A stretch of 63,077 nucleotides of DNA, filler included, from Craspedostauros australis (GCA_030167865.1; 7 parts of 7 records of this genome joined end to end with filler, not necessarily neighbours in it); one strand, 5' to 3'. Shown: positions 23,303-36,744, counted from the whole stretch's first letter. A program made the numbers and translations. Notes: generated by a model not told the origin, from the sequence alone.

Positions 23303-24892
23303 TCAGTACGACGTCTTCACCGGTATGTGCCGAAGGTAGAGGTACAGGAACGGTGCCATCACCAGCTGGCAATCCAACCGGTCGACCAGCCCGCCGTGCC
23401 CCTTGCCAAGGATCGTTCCAAAGTCCTTCTTGTTGTAGGCCCGCTTGATGACGGACGCCAGGAAGCCACCGAAGGGTGCGACGGTAGATGCGAAGAGCGA
23501 CACGACGACAGCCTCCGTGGGCGTGAGGTCGACGACTTTGCTCATGGGCGTGTGCTGGATGAATGCGTATCCCGCTGCCACGGTGGAGATGCCGCCGCCG
23601 ATGAATCCCTCCCATGTCTTCTTGGCGGATATGTTTGGCAGGAGGGCGTGCTTGCCCATGGTCATGCCAAAGACGTACGCCATGGTATCATTGATTGCGA
23701 TGAGCGCAGCGCCGAAGAAGACGTATGCCATGCTGTATTCCTCCAGCAGCGCGATCCAGTAAGCTGATGGTGCGACCGTCAGGATCTGCGGATCGGATCA
23801 ATGTATGTAGAGTATGTGTTTTATGTTTGTGCGTGTATGCGTGTGGGTATGTGAGTACGAGCGGATTCATGGCGAGTACGAGCAGAACGTTGGCACTCGC
23901 AAAGCACTACGAAACGTCCCGCGCACTCTATCGGCATCAATACAATCACGGTGCTTCCTATCCAGGGAGCGGTATTCACTTCCGCCTTCACTTTCACGTT
24001 CACGTTCACTTTCACTTACCAACGAGATCGCCGCGACGACCGTCTCACGGATCCACTCGCGGAACTCTTCCGTGCCACCTTGCTGCACGTTCAACCGCAC
24101 GATATTGGCCACCAACCCTGTCATCGCCATACCGTACGTTCGCATGGCGACGGTGGAACTCAACCATGGGAACAGACGCGGCGCGTTGGTGGCGTGCGCG
24201 TACGTGGCAAACCACCACCACTGGTTGATACGATTCATGCTGTCGCCGCCGATGGTGCTACTCGTTTCGCTGTAGAGTCCCATCTGCAGGATGCCGGCGA
24301 GGACAATGAGTCCATCCTCCTTGAACTTGCGTGCGAAGGTGTACATGGCGAGGATCATGAAGATGGCGGGTCCCAACCGGCTCTGGAAGTTCTGAAACTT
24401 GCTGGAGGAGAGGATGGAGCGCAGGGTGTCGCGCAGTGACGATGGGACAGTGGCAGCGCTGACGCTGGCTTGCGGCATGCTGGTCCCATCCGCAAGATTG
24501 GCCTGAGCATCCTGTGCGGCCTGAGCATCCTGTGTGGCCTGAGCATCCTGCGTGACTGCAGATGCTGCGGCTGAAGACATGTGAGTGGATGGGTCCACGA
24601 CGATCTCTCGCACGGTTCCTTCCGTTCTTGGTGGCGAGCGCCTCTTGCCATGGATGGTGCTGGTCTTTCCCGAGAAGGCCGACAAAGCACCGTCCGCAAT
24701 CTTGGGCGGCAGCTTGGAGTTGGAATCGACGTGCACCTGCCATCTGTCGTTGCCGTCGGCCGCTGGCTTGGTCTTGCTGCCCCCGCGCTGTGCCAGGGCA
24801 CGTGCGCATTGCGGTGTCGCTGCAACGGTGGATGATGCGAGCAATGCAGCAACTGCGGCGACCGACGCGCCTCTGACGATTGACGGCATCAT
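23303..24892 (-). CDS. CDS: Phosphatidate cytidylyltransferase (CDP-diacylglycerol synthase), 2 exons: 24892-24020, 23785-23303
   Basis: Motifs ISAKKTWEGFIGG and KRAYNKKDFG..LGKGHGGLVDRLD. The GTAAGT...CAG intron 24019-23786 restores the frame. N-terminal signal peptide followed by RGG. Confidence 0.9.
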
Positions 24893-25375
24893 TGGTGAAT
24901 GGCTTTGCTGCGAGCGATGCTCTTCGATCGGAGACGACTTGTGCACCTCAAGAGGGAGAGAGAGAGTATGGAAGAAGGAATCTATTATACTACGTAACCC
25001 TGCAGCTTTCCCGACGTTGCGTCTGTTGAATGTGCAAGTGGAACGGAACAGCGATGAATGAAGGAAGGGAGGAATGGCATTGTTGCTGAGACGTTGAACG
25101 AGACGCTGACGTTGGTGCGTTCCGATTTCGTTCCGAACGAGAAATCAGAATGCATCATTCATTGAGTCTGTCTGCCCGTCCACCAGTCAACGTGACGGGA
25201 ACGAATCAATCAAAACGGACGAAATGTCTGACACTTCGCTCCAATACGACACACGAGAGAAACACGCCACGATGGCGCCAAAAAAGACAAGCGAAGACCA
25301 AAAATGGTTTTAATTGCTGCTGTTTCTGTGATTATGATTGTGACGCATCGCCCATGCTCTAAATTCCCTCGTTGT

Positions 25376-26969
25376 TCACCTCCTCCGGACGCTGTAGGAG
25401 TAGTTGTCGACGCGCACTTGCTTCGGCGTATCGGCGTAGCGGACGATCCCCATGCCTGTCGCGGCCTGATCTTCTCCCAGTTCATGATACGTTGCCACCA
25501 TGCGGACATCGAATGCGTTCGGTTCGCTGACCCGTTGGGACACGGTGGGTTCCTGCAGATCCCAGTGCCTGCACTCAACACAAGAATGGAGGGAAGGAAG
25601 GAAGGATTGTTGGTCAGTGAGGGGGACTGCAGGATGCACCGGCTCCTGCTTACTTGCACCATACACATCCAGATCCCACGCACCGCACCGTGCCGCACAC
25701 AAACACATGTAACATGAACAGGCAACCAAGAATCGCTGCGACGAATACGAACACTCACCGTTCAACAGGGAAATCTTTCTTGAAGAATGCCTGTATGATC
25801 TCCTTGGCCAACGTCTGCGGATCCAACTTGCCGGCCTCAAAGTCGCAGAAGGACTGGAAGAAGGTGTAACCGAGCTTGATGGGCATGATCTCCTCGTAGC
25901 CGTCCAATCCCGGATGGTACTTGCTCTTGCACAGGAGCTTCGTCTTTGGCTTCATGCGCGGCGAGTAGACGAGCACGCCCGTGGAGATGGCGGTGTGCTT
26001 GTTGCCGCGGAAGGTGCGCTTGGGCTGCTGCAGTCGGGTTGTGTGCGTCGGTGGTCGGATGCGGTTGCGCTTGGACGATGTCGATGCGGTTTCGCTGACG
26101 TAGAGCCTGGAGAAGACCTGGAGGTCGGAGTCGTCGAGCTTGGCCTTTGGCGTCTGGTCGTATCTGCGCGGGGTGGTGTAGTAGTTGGACGATATGGTGG
26201 AGTGTCCTGCGGATGAGTTCCAGCCCTTGGAGGCGGCCGTCGGCGTCTTGTACAATCGATCGAAGACGGAACCGCCGCCGCCACCTCTCACGGTCGGCAG
26301 ACGGCTGTCGCGCGATCGGTCCGCCGTTGACTTGGGTGTAGTGTAGGCGTACGATGACGACGACGACTTCGACGCGGATGCTTTGAGGCGACTGGAGGCG
26401 GTGGGCCGTCGCAGTTTGGAAGTCGACGCGTTTCCCTTGCGTCGGCCGGATGACGTTGTGGATCGCTGCGATGTTGGGATGTGGCTGCGGCTGCTTACGG
26501 CGCCCTTGGGAGGAAGGGGTCCACGAGAGGCAGCCATGGGGGCGTACGCTTTGGCGTTGGGGGTGGTGTTGGGAGTGACCGTGGGCATGGTGGCAGGCAT
26601 CTCGACAGGCATCTCGACGGGCGCATCGGCGCGCATATCTATGGGTTCGATGGGTGGCGGTTGCGGGAACGCTATGGTGGAGGCAGCGACTGCCACTGGA
26701 GCTGGAGGTGGCATCTGCTGCTGCTGTAGTCGTGGCTGCTGCTGAGGGAAGGAGGGCACAGGCTGGATTGGCACCTGCGGAGGTGCAGAGAAAGCAGAGC
26801 TCTGCGGGATTGGCTCCGGAGGCAGGGACTGCACCATCTGCACAGGCGGGGCGCGTTGCGGTGACCCTGGCGGAGAAGCCAGGCAATCATCCAGCAGGTC
26901 ATCCATCGATTGCTCTGCCTTTGTCATCATGGCCACGACGTTGCCTGGGATGCCTTCCGTTTCCGTCAT
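25376..26969 (-). CDS. Hypothetical Pro/Ser-rich protein, 2 exons: 26969-25759, 25568-25376
   Basis: 404-aa ORF ends at a GTGAGT donor; a TGCAG acceptor continues in frame (R|HWDLQEP...). Contains SVFDRLY/VFSRLY motifs. Confidence 0.75.
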
Positions 26970-27596
26970 GGTCGAGCGATCAATGGTGTGACTGGTTCGC
27001 GTATCGGAACGGTTGTCTGCTTCGCCTCGAGATCTCTGTTTGGGGCTTCTCTTGATGGCTCCTTACTGTGCTCTCTGCGGAATGGCTGATGCTGTTGGCT
27101 GATGATGTTATCTGTGATTGTAATTGTGATGATCGCACCTCAGTTGTTGTTCTGATAGATGGCCTGAGACAGAGCCGAGTATGCAGAGTGGCGGCCTGTT
27201 GTGTCTGTGCCTGCGCCTGTGTTTGCGTTTGTCTGTATTTTCTGTGTTGTTTCCACTCCTCCCTTTTTTGGATCGTGGTGCTGTGTGAGGGTTGTCACGC
27301 GAGAAAGATTCCGCCACTACACGATGGGCAGAAATGGAACCTGCCGAATTTGTGGCATCTCCGACTAACATGGTTCAAAATCGGCAAAGATTCCGAACAC
27401 ACACAACCAAAGAGGCAGGCGCTAACAGTCTCTACACTCGCGCACTCAGGTACGATGACCTCGGAGACTTCGGAGACAAGGCCAGAGAGTCACGGCTACA
27501 ACTTCTTCGCTCTGGTTGTCAACCAGATCATAAACCTGCACCCTTCCATTCTATTCTATTATTCTTATATTTTATTATATATTGCATCAGATAGTC

Positions 27597-30500
27597 TCAC
27601 TCCTCCTGCAACATGCGCCGCACGAGGTCGAGGACAGCCTTGTTGCGTTTTGTTCTGCCTTCGTCGCCAGCATCATCATCAGCACCGCCGCCGCCGGCAA
27701 TGTGGGATAGGAGCACGCGATCCAACTCGTTGCGCAACTCCTGAATCAGGATGCACCGCGCCACGTCGTTGTCCTCCCCGCACTTGAATTTCAGCCATTC
27801 GTCCACCACGAGCGCGTTACGATCGATGCGCATGTCGCCGCCGAACAGCATCAGCGAGAAGCGCGACACGAAGTTCACTTCCTGCAGGTACACGGTCTGG
27901 GCGGAGCTGGCGGAGTTCAGGCTGCGGTGCTTGGCGTGGTACACGGCGTACGCGTCCCGTCCAGTCTCGGCGGCGCTGTGCACGCGCTTGCGTTGGAAGG
28001 AGGAGCTGCTAGGCATGGCCTCGTCGCCGTCCTTCGTGAACAGCCGCCCGCCCTTCTGGCCCAGCTTGCCCTTGCGCGGTCGCAGCAGCGTCGCGATGTT
28101 GGGGTACAGGCCGGCCACGAGGCAGCAGCTCGTCAGCATGGCGTCATTGCTGTTTTCATTGCAGGATGGCGTCACGAATCCCGCTTCTTGCAGTCCACCA
28201 CGGAATTGCTCGCGCAGTCTGTCGATCTCTCGCAACGCCGTCTGATCCAGCGCGTGTTCGACACAGAACGCTCGTTGCTGCGTCGGATTGTCTCGTCGGG
28301 CCTTCCAGGCATTGTATGCGGCGATGACAGCGATCAGATCGCCCTTCACCGTGCCGCCGGGCCAGCCCACGCCACCGAACCCATCTCGTACCAGCACCTC
28401 CCGAGCAACGACGTATGGCTGCCATTCCTTGAAAGACAGGTTGCTGAATTTGCCGAAGAAGATGGACTTGGCGTGGGACAGCTCCGCCGCGATGGTCAGC
28501 GCCGGCTCCAGACACTGCAGGATGCATCCCACGATCAGCACCTTCCCCACCTTTGCATCCATCGGCAGTCTCGACAGATGATAACCAAGTGGTGTGAGCC
28601 GGTACAGTACACTGTCAGAGCTCTTCTCTTGCTGCGGCTGCTTCTGCTCCTGATGCTCGTTGTTTTCTCCTTCTGGCGATGGCACAGCCGCGATTCCACC
28701 AACTTCCAACAGATGCAGACAGGCTTCTTGCAACCGCCCTTTCGGTGGCGGTTCCGGAACCTTCTGCAAGAACTTGAATGGCGACAAGCCACTTGGCTTC
28801 GTACTTCCATTGCCGGCGCCGTCACGATGGTGCTCGAACAACAGACATACTTGCAGCATCAGTTCGTCCAACGGCGAGCGCATGATCTCTGGTGTGGTCT
28901 GCGCCAACATGTCGGTCGTGGCGAACTCTTCTGAGTACAATCTCCAGCAGACGCCCGGTTGGGTACGCCCCGCACGACCAGAGCGTTGCTTGGCGGATGC
29001 GAGGCTCGTCCACACCGTGACCAGCTCTCGAATGCGGGTGCTGGAATTGAAGCGGCTTTCTTTCACGTAGCCGGAGTCGATCACGTGGGTAATGTCTACG
29101 CATCGTTGGTGAGAATATCATCCGTCGAAGTACGTACGAGTATGGTCAAAGAAAAAGTCCAAAGCGGGCAGATGGCATTGGTAAGATGGGCGGTCGCGAT
29201 GCTCAGAATTCGGATCCTTCGTGCATCGCAACGCAATCGCGATCTCAAGGATGATGTACCGAAGCATACCACTTACCAGGGATCGTCAGACTATGGATTA
29301 CATGTGTAGGTCGTATTCGAGGCACAGCGAAGGACAAGTGCGAAAAAAATGGAAATGAGCATTTGCAGACACGAGGGTGAGGCAGTATTTCGAGAGTAGT
29401 ACTCGCACGTACGGAGGTTCACAACGCAAACGCACATCAAGTGCCGCGCTCCACAGGATACGCACAGTTCCACAACTCACCTCGTCTCCGCAATGTTCGT
29501 CGCCAGCACCACCTTCGCCGCACCGTGGGGCGCAGGATCAAAGACCTTTTGCTGATCACGCCTTGAGATCGCGGAATGCAATTTGAGGATGTGCAATTCA
29601 CGCTTTTTGCCCAAGATCTTTTCTAGTTGTTCAATCTCCATCTTGCCAGGCAAAAAGACGAGGATGCCGCAGGACGGGCTTGTGGAGCCGTCCATGTAAT
29701 GCGTCGGATGGCGAACAATTTGTCTGATCAATCTGGAAACGTAGTCGTAATCGATCTTGGAGTAGGCGCGCGGTGACAGCTTGAAGTGTTCGGCGGATGC
29801 TTCTCGCTGCTGTCGGCTGTCCTCGTCGGTTTCGTCTTGGGTGCCACCCTTTCCACGGTTGCCTGCACCTTGGTTGAGATACCGGCTCCCTGTCACCTTG
29901 TTGCAATCCTCCAGCCATCGAATGTCGACGGGAAACGTGCGCCCCGGAATGTTGATGATGGGCGGGTTGAAACGACTAAAGTAGTTGACGAACAGGCTCG
30001 CGGAGGCCGTGGCGGACATGAGGATGACTCGGATCGTCGGGTTGCGCACGAGCACGGTACGCAGCATCGTGAGGCAGAAGTCGGTGTTGAGATCGCGCTC
30101 GTGCACCTCGTCGATTACGATGTGGGTGTACTGCGAAAGGGGCGGCACGTCACCGCCGTCCTGGGAACAGGCCGCATCGTCGGCGTTCTCTTGCGGACAC
30201 ACGAGCATGCGCACGAGGATACCGATGGTGCAGTACACCAGCTTGGTGGTGGAGGTGACGGCCCGATCGAGACGAACGTGGTACCCCACCGTGGATCCCG
30301 GCTTGCCCGGTCCCGAAGGACTGTTCATCTCCTTCGCCACGTGCTGCGCCAAGGAGGTGGCCGCGACGCGACGTGGTTGCGTGACCATGATGCTGGCAGC
30401 ATCGGCATTACCGCTTGCGAGCATGCCCTCATAGAGGAAGTGCGGGACGTTAGTAGATTTACCGCTGCCCGTCGCACCGCAAATGATGACGACCCTGTGC

Positions 30501-31366
30501 TTGTCGACCATGTCCAGCACCTCCTCGCGACACTTGGCGGCCGGCAACTTGGCGCGTCGTTCCGAGAGCTTGGGCAGCTTTTCGAAATGATCCGATATGG
30601 TCGGGTAGGTGGACAAGAACGTGGCCGTCTTGGAATGATCTTTCTGTCTCCGTTTGCGTTGCGTGACCGCTTTGTATCGGTAGACCTGCTTGACCGACTC
30701 CAGCGGGTCACGCATCGCCGTCGCAGCCGTCTCGGTTCCATTGTCATCATCATCAGCATCATCATCATCAGCAGCAGCCTTGTTGTCATCTTTTCCCTCC
30801 TTTCCCTTCTTGCTGCACCCCTTCTTCGAATCCGGTTTCATGGCCTTGCCACCAGCCACCTTGGCCACGTAGACAGTCGCGCCATCCTGAACGCCCATGA
30901 GATCGTGGAGCAGATCGAACTCCTGCTTTTTCTCCACGACGAAACATCGTGTGGCATTCAATCGCAGTTTCTGCTTGGCCTGCTTCAGAACGTCCGCAAT
31001 CGTGGTGGACCGTGGCAGCACCATGACCTTCTTCGCGCCATCCTGCAACGTCCCCTTCTTGCTGTGGTACTTGGCCTGCGTCAGTTCGATGCGCACCTTG
31101 GCCTTGGGATCGCCCGTCACGACGCGCTTTTGGGATGCGGCGGGTTGCGTGCTCGCCTTGCTGTTGTCCTTGCTGTTGTACTTGCTCTGCAGCGTCTGCT
31201 GCTCATGATCGGAGACGAGCTTCTTGAGGAACCTGCGCCGCTCGCGCTTGCGATCGTGCTCCTTCGTTGGGATCTGTCCAACTTTCAGTTCCATGATCAG
31301 ATCCACCAGAGCATTCTCCGTCTCCTCCTTCAGGACAGCGCGTCCTCCGCCCTTGATGTTGCTCAT
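27597..31366 (-). CDS. DEAH/RHA-family RNA helicase (DHX29/36/57-like), 3 exons: 31366-29481, 29290-29277, 29095-27597
   Basis: GATGSGKST, TQPRR, DEVHER, MSAT, VFLPG, TNIAETS-LTIP-DITHVIDSG and QRSGRAGR motifs, plus an HA2/OB-like tail. All splice sites GT-AG. Confidence 0.93.
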
Positions 31367-31781
31367 GGTGTTGGTGATGTAGTGACAGTAGGTATAATAT
31401 GTTATGCTTTGGCAATACAATCAATCTCATTCCTTGGTCTGTGGTCGCATTGTGGGTGCTAAATTTGTGTGACATGTTCTGCGATCTTTTATTGAATCGC
31501 GAAGATACCGGCCGTTTCAACACGATGTGTGGGACATACCTCTCTTCAATTCCGAACTTGGCCAACATGCCAGGTTCAAAGAAAGTGTCGTTTTTGGTTT
31601 GTATTGGATTAACGATAGTACCAAAAGAGGTATTCAAGATTGAGAGCAGCTGGGACACGCGGCAAAATGTCTGGCACGATAAAAAACCTCTTTCCTTAAA
31701 CCAAATAAATAGCTCCGGCGTCTATTGATATTTATTACGTCATCACAATGAAATTGATAAACTCATGCTGTCATGTGTCAT

Positions 31782-31920
31782 TGTCGGGAATGTCGGGAAT
31801 GTCGGGCGCTTTGTCGGGAATGTCGGGAGTTCTGTCGGGAATGTCGGGTGTGTTGTCGGGAATGTCGGGTGTGTTGTCGGGAATGTCGGGCGTGTTGTGG
31901 TGATTGTCGAGAATGTCGGG
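31782..31920. repeat. TGTCGGGAATGTCGGG minisatellite (~21-bp period)
   Basis: About 13 copies of TGTCGGG, mostly paired as tgtcgggaatgtcggg + 5 nt. Confidence 0.9.
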
Positions 31921-32742
31921 AGTCTCGGCACCAGACATCCGGCAGAGTTCGCGGGAAACGGACAGACGAAACAATCGAAGAACGAAAAACGCGTGGTGGC
32001 ACACCGGACGAAACAGACAAACTCGCGATCATGTTGTGAATGTGCACTTGACTCGGTCGGAGAGAGTAGAGCACCGTGCAGTAAATAACCAAGCAATGGT
32101 GCCATTCATGTACTTCACTTCTGCTAGTGCTGATCAATTATACATTGANGATTGTATCAGAAGTTTATTCATTATCTTGTCATCCATCAAGCATCGCCAA
32201 AGAAGAAGAGCTGCAAGCAGATTTGGAATACCATCAAGCAACACTCTCTCTAGAGTAGCCTAGCGCAATACCAATCAGCAAAACGAAGAACAGGCTTGAT
32301 CAGTTGTCTTTTTCCACGTTTGGCCCCATTCAGCGTCCGCACGTACGATCCTGCGGATTTGATATCGTACATCGTGATATTTTTAGATAACGATACGGCG
32401 TGTTGTTCATTAGGGTTAGATGTATTTAGCTTTATTGAACGACACAAATACCTGGCTGGCTTGTCTTCACCGTGGACGAAAATGATGACGTCATTGACGG
32501 TCGATGTCAGACTGCGTTGGTATCCAACGTTATGGATGGTGTCCTCTTTGATTCTCACGCTGTTGGTGATTTGGCTCGGTTGGGCGTTTCCTTCTTTTGT
32601 GCGTGTTGTGTCAATCACCACAGCCTTGGTGGTAGCATCCCTGTGCATCCACAGCAACAGCGACACTTGCGAATACTACACAACACAATATAATTTAATG
32701 GAGCACAGTGATGTATCCGAGGGAATGCAAAATATAATATTC

Positions 32743-33491
32743 TGTAACACTTAGCTTAGTTTGTTAATACAAAGTCCTGTGCAACCTGCTTTGCTCCCAT
32801 TGGACAAGGGACGTCATGGTCATCTGCAAGCTGTTGGCACGGTGCGGAAAGCAACTGGTGGCGGCAGTGTTGCTTTCCTTGTTGTTTCTCGTGTTGTGAT
32901 TCGTGTGCTTGCAGGTTCATTGACACCGAAATAAGAAGCCACAAGGAGAGCAGATGAACAACGGCCAGAATCCAACAATGGCTGTTGGCGACGACAAGCA
33001 GAGAGGAGGTCCAAACACGCTGGCAGGGAATAGACCTGAAGCGAGGACGAGGCTGCAGAATAGAGTGGGAATATGGAGGGAAGGCAGTGTGTGCTGATTG
33101 GGACATGGAGTAGGGTCAACCTCTTGGGCCATGAACAGCGGCAGAACCGAGAACAAGGCAGGGTCCAGGTCAAGATAAGGGTGAGGGGAAAGGCTACATT
33201 GGGGTGTACCACCTGTGGATAGCATGGAGCCTGCAACCTGCCAACCAACGTATTTACAGCTCTCTACATGTCTTCCACCAATCCAAAGCCCAGACGAAGC
33301 AGCAGCCTCATCATGTCTACTGCCACTGCGCAGTCCATGATATTGCTTTGCAGCCAACCGCCCCACCCGCGAGAAATGTGAGTGTGTCCATGGTGGACAC
33401 GACTCGGCACAAGTAGAAGCACGACTGGAGATTTTGAGCTGCAGCTGCCCCTTTGCGTCCGCATGCCTAACGTTTCTAGCCATAGGCTACA
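32743..33491. mobile_element. Putative LTR (TGTA...TACA, ~750 bp)
   Basis: Inverted TGTA/TACA ends. Starts where similarity between 32620-32742 and 36850-36985 breaks off, and abuts a gap. Confidence 0.5.
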
Positions 33492-33805
33492 ACAANNNNN
33501 NNNNNNNNNNNNNNNNNNNNNNNNNNNNNNNNNNNNNNNTTAATTAATTAANNNNNNNNNNNNNNNNNNNNNNNNNNNNNNNNNNNNNNNNNNNNCCAAG
33601 TGCGTATGAGAGAATAGCGGGTGAACGATGCACATATACACGTACATCTTGACATATACTCACATGTACATCTCGACAGCCGTTGGGGAGCTGCTCTCAT
33701 GATGCGCTACCCAGGGTGATAGACTCGAGGAATTGGTGGTAACGTAGAGGGGAACGTGTCCTTCTGCAATTGATCAGATCGAGAAGGTGGCGTTCACTGG
33801 AAGTC

Positions 33806-34186
33806 TGTTGGGAACTCAAATGTTATTACAAACTTAAGAGTTGTGAGCTTACTCTCTGACCTCTGTTCATGTCCATGCCTCTGCTCTTGCATTCCTCTGT
33901 TCTGCATGCATCGGATAGGATCTTTACATCTCTTCAGGTTCAACTGGTTTGGGTCAGTAGCTGGCTCACAGTACCGTTCTTGTTTCGTGGTACCTTTTGT
34001 CTGATACCCAGTACCTTGGTACTTCTTTAGTTTCGTTTCTCGTCGAGCTATTCGCTCGTAATGTGACCATTTCATGGTTCGTGTCGGTTCAGGATACGAT
34101 TCATATGCACAACTAAGCCGGAACACGAGAGAGAGCTGTGCGGAATACAGCATAATGCTAATACAGGGCGCAAGGCAGCAGAGAAC
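33806..34186 (-). mobile_element. LTR-like fragment (TGTT...AACA)
   Basis: tgttgggaac...gagaaca; non-coding and in a TE-rich gap region; no TSD found. Confidence 0.35.
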
Positions 34187-34599
34187 ACAACAAACGCGTA
34201 CTATGGTCCCACGATGCCGCTGTCAAGTGTGCTTCGTCGTGTCCAAGATGCTGGAAAAGACAGAATTCAACGGACTAAAACGTCAGATTCTATTCTTCGT
34301 CACTGGATATTGTTATTATCCCTGCATCTTCATGACTTCGTGGGGGCTCTCATGGACGAACGAGTGCGCTGTGCCCTTTGTACGCGTTTGCAAGCAAGGC
34401 ACACTGCGGAGGGCGGAGAAACGACGTTTCGAGCCTGGAGTCATCCTCTGTGATTTCTCATCCCTTGCCAACACGGTACTGTATTCTACTACTACTCCAT
34501 TCCCGAGTGGACTTCCACACAGTCAGAAGATATTGGATCACCAGTCATGATTACGTTAAACCGAACCTCGCACCGCATTTGAAATCCTGCCCGATGTCG

Positions 34600-34867
34600 T
34601 GACTAGGTCATGTGCAAGTCGCACTCATGTCGCGTTTACGTTGCGTCCACATGCGTCCGTGTGGAGTTCGCGTCGTGCTCTCGTCGTGTTCATGTCGCGT
34701 TTACGTTGGGTGCATGTCGCGTGCATGTCACGTTGACGTTGCGTGCCATGTTGCGTTGACGATGCGTCCATGTCGTGTTGATGATGCGTGCATGTTGCGT
34801 TCACGTCGCGTTCGCGTTGCGCTCATGCCATGTTCACGCCATGTTGACGTCGTGCTCGTGTGACGTC
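34600..34867. repeat. Degenerate ~11-bp minisatellite (consensus ~CACGTCGCGTT)
   Basis: Variants such as catgtcgcgtt, tacgttgcgtc, cacgtcgcgtt and catgttgcgtt differ mostly by CpG transitions. Confidence 0.6.
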
Positions 34868-35134
34868 TGTTGGAAATCCGGGGTTAAGGTAGTAGATTAA
34901 TCTGTTATCAATCTGTACCAATTTAGAACTGTGAGAACAAACTCCTTGACTCTCCAATTCCAATTCAGCAGCAAGTGTAATCTGTAGCAGTTCACCATGA
35001 TCATGCACTTGTCCATGGTTGCATTCATCTGCTTCATCAGCTTGCTCTCATGCTCTCTTCTGCAGATTCATCATGCATTCTCGTGGTGATTGCATCTTCT
35101 ACATTCGAGCAGCATCTCTCATAGACGCACAGGT
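34868..35134 (-). mobile_element. LTR terminus (TGTTGG) truncated by gap
   Basis: Abrupt composition switch at tgttggaaatcc; adjacent to the Copia gag contig. Confidence 0.4.
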
Positions 35135-35235
35135 ANNNNNNNNNNNNNNNNNNNNNNNNNNNNNNNNNNNNNNNNNNNNTTAATTAATTAANNNNNNNNN
35201 NNNNNNNNNNNNNNNNNNNNNNNNNNNNNNNNNNN

Positions 35236-36744
35236 GGACATGGAGGTCCTTCGCAACCGATTGATCGACCAGGAGGTGATCATCGATACGGAGCAGTTCA
35301 ACATGCTCGTGCTCAACGCGCTCTGCCGCGAATACGAGATGGATGTGAAGCTGCTCGAACTCAAGTTCCACGGAAAGGAACGAGAGATGACTGTGGGCGA
35401 CATCCGCGAAGCTGTGAGCCTAACCTACGACCGCCACCATCTCAAACATGGTTATAAGCGCGCAGGCAACAGCAGCAACGAGGAGCTCGCTCTGTTCGGA
35501 GCTGGACAGTTCAANNNNNNNNNNNNNNNNNNNNNNNNNNNNNNNNNNNNNNNNNNNNNNNNNNNNNNGCCAGCCAAGGGAGGCAACAACAAGAGAGGCG
35601 GTGGGTCCAAGAAGAAGGGCAACCACGCCGACGCCAAGGGCGGATCCAAGAAAGGGGGATTTGACGGCAAATGCAACTACTGCGGAAAAGCAGGGCACAA
35701 GATCGTCCAATGCTTCAAGCTGAAGGCAGCAATGAAGGAAGCTGAGAGCGCCAACATGGCGATGGACGGCGACGACGCGATGGACGATATGGCACTCGTC
35801 ATTGCAGACGGTAATTTCGTTGAGATTGATGATCTCGACGAGATCGAACTCGAAAGCGCACTCGAAGAGGATCTCTTTGAAATCATGGAGACGTTCCCTT
35901 CGACTGAAGCAGTCGAATCACCAACCAACGAAGGCATCCGCGACCTCATGAACGGTGACTTGCTCGAATCAGACGAGAGCATTGGGGACACCGAAATCGC
36001 GATGCCAGGCGTCGATATCAACAATGCGCCACCTGCGCAAGATGAGGAAGCAGCGGGCACTCGGATGAGTAACGCCATCGACTACTTCCTGCGCGACGAA
36101 ATCGACCGCGTGTGTGAACGCAGCAGGACGGATGCATGGTGTCCAATCTGCCTCGCGCGTGGAGCGATGTATTCGTGGTGCACAGGATGCACCGAATTCG
36201 ACGTGCTCAAGATTCGAGCACGTTGGGCGTTCAGAGACATCCCAACAACCACGGAACCTGAAAGGATCCGCCGTCGAGCAATCCTGAGCAGGTTCAACTG
36301 TTTGGAAGACGCAATCAGAGTCTCTCTATCCAACGTGTTGGCAGCCAACGACGTGTGTATCAACGACGCGCTCCTCTGTTTCGATGTGAGGAAGAAGTCC
36401 ATCGAAGACGGAGCTAACTGCATGGGAGCTCGAGAGCTCTACTATATGCTGACTCAAATCGGCTTCAACGGAGCATTCGATGTGTCATGCAAGATTGTGG
36501 TCATCAACGAACTGCTCGAAGAGAAAGGGCTACCACTACTTCCCAAACACCTGATCATGAGGATGAGCAAGATGGCCGCATCAAGGCTCATGTGGATGCA
36601 CAATTGGGAGGACACCGAAGTACGCGACGGGCTGGAATGTCCAGAACTCCCCAAGACCAGACCACTTGTGGGAAGTCCTCAACACCAAGTCGAGATGATG
36701 GAGCATTTCAATACAGCAAGATTCGGTCACGAGATGGCCATGGT
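35236..36744 (+). mobile_element. Ty1/Copia-type gag-pol fragment
   Basis: Gag-like helical region followed by a CCHC zinc knuckle CNYCGKAGHKIVQC; flanked by gaps. Confidence 0.8.
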
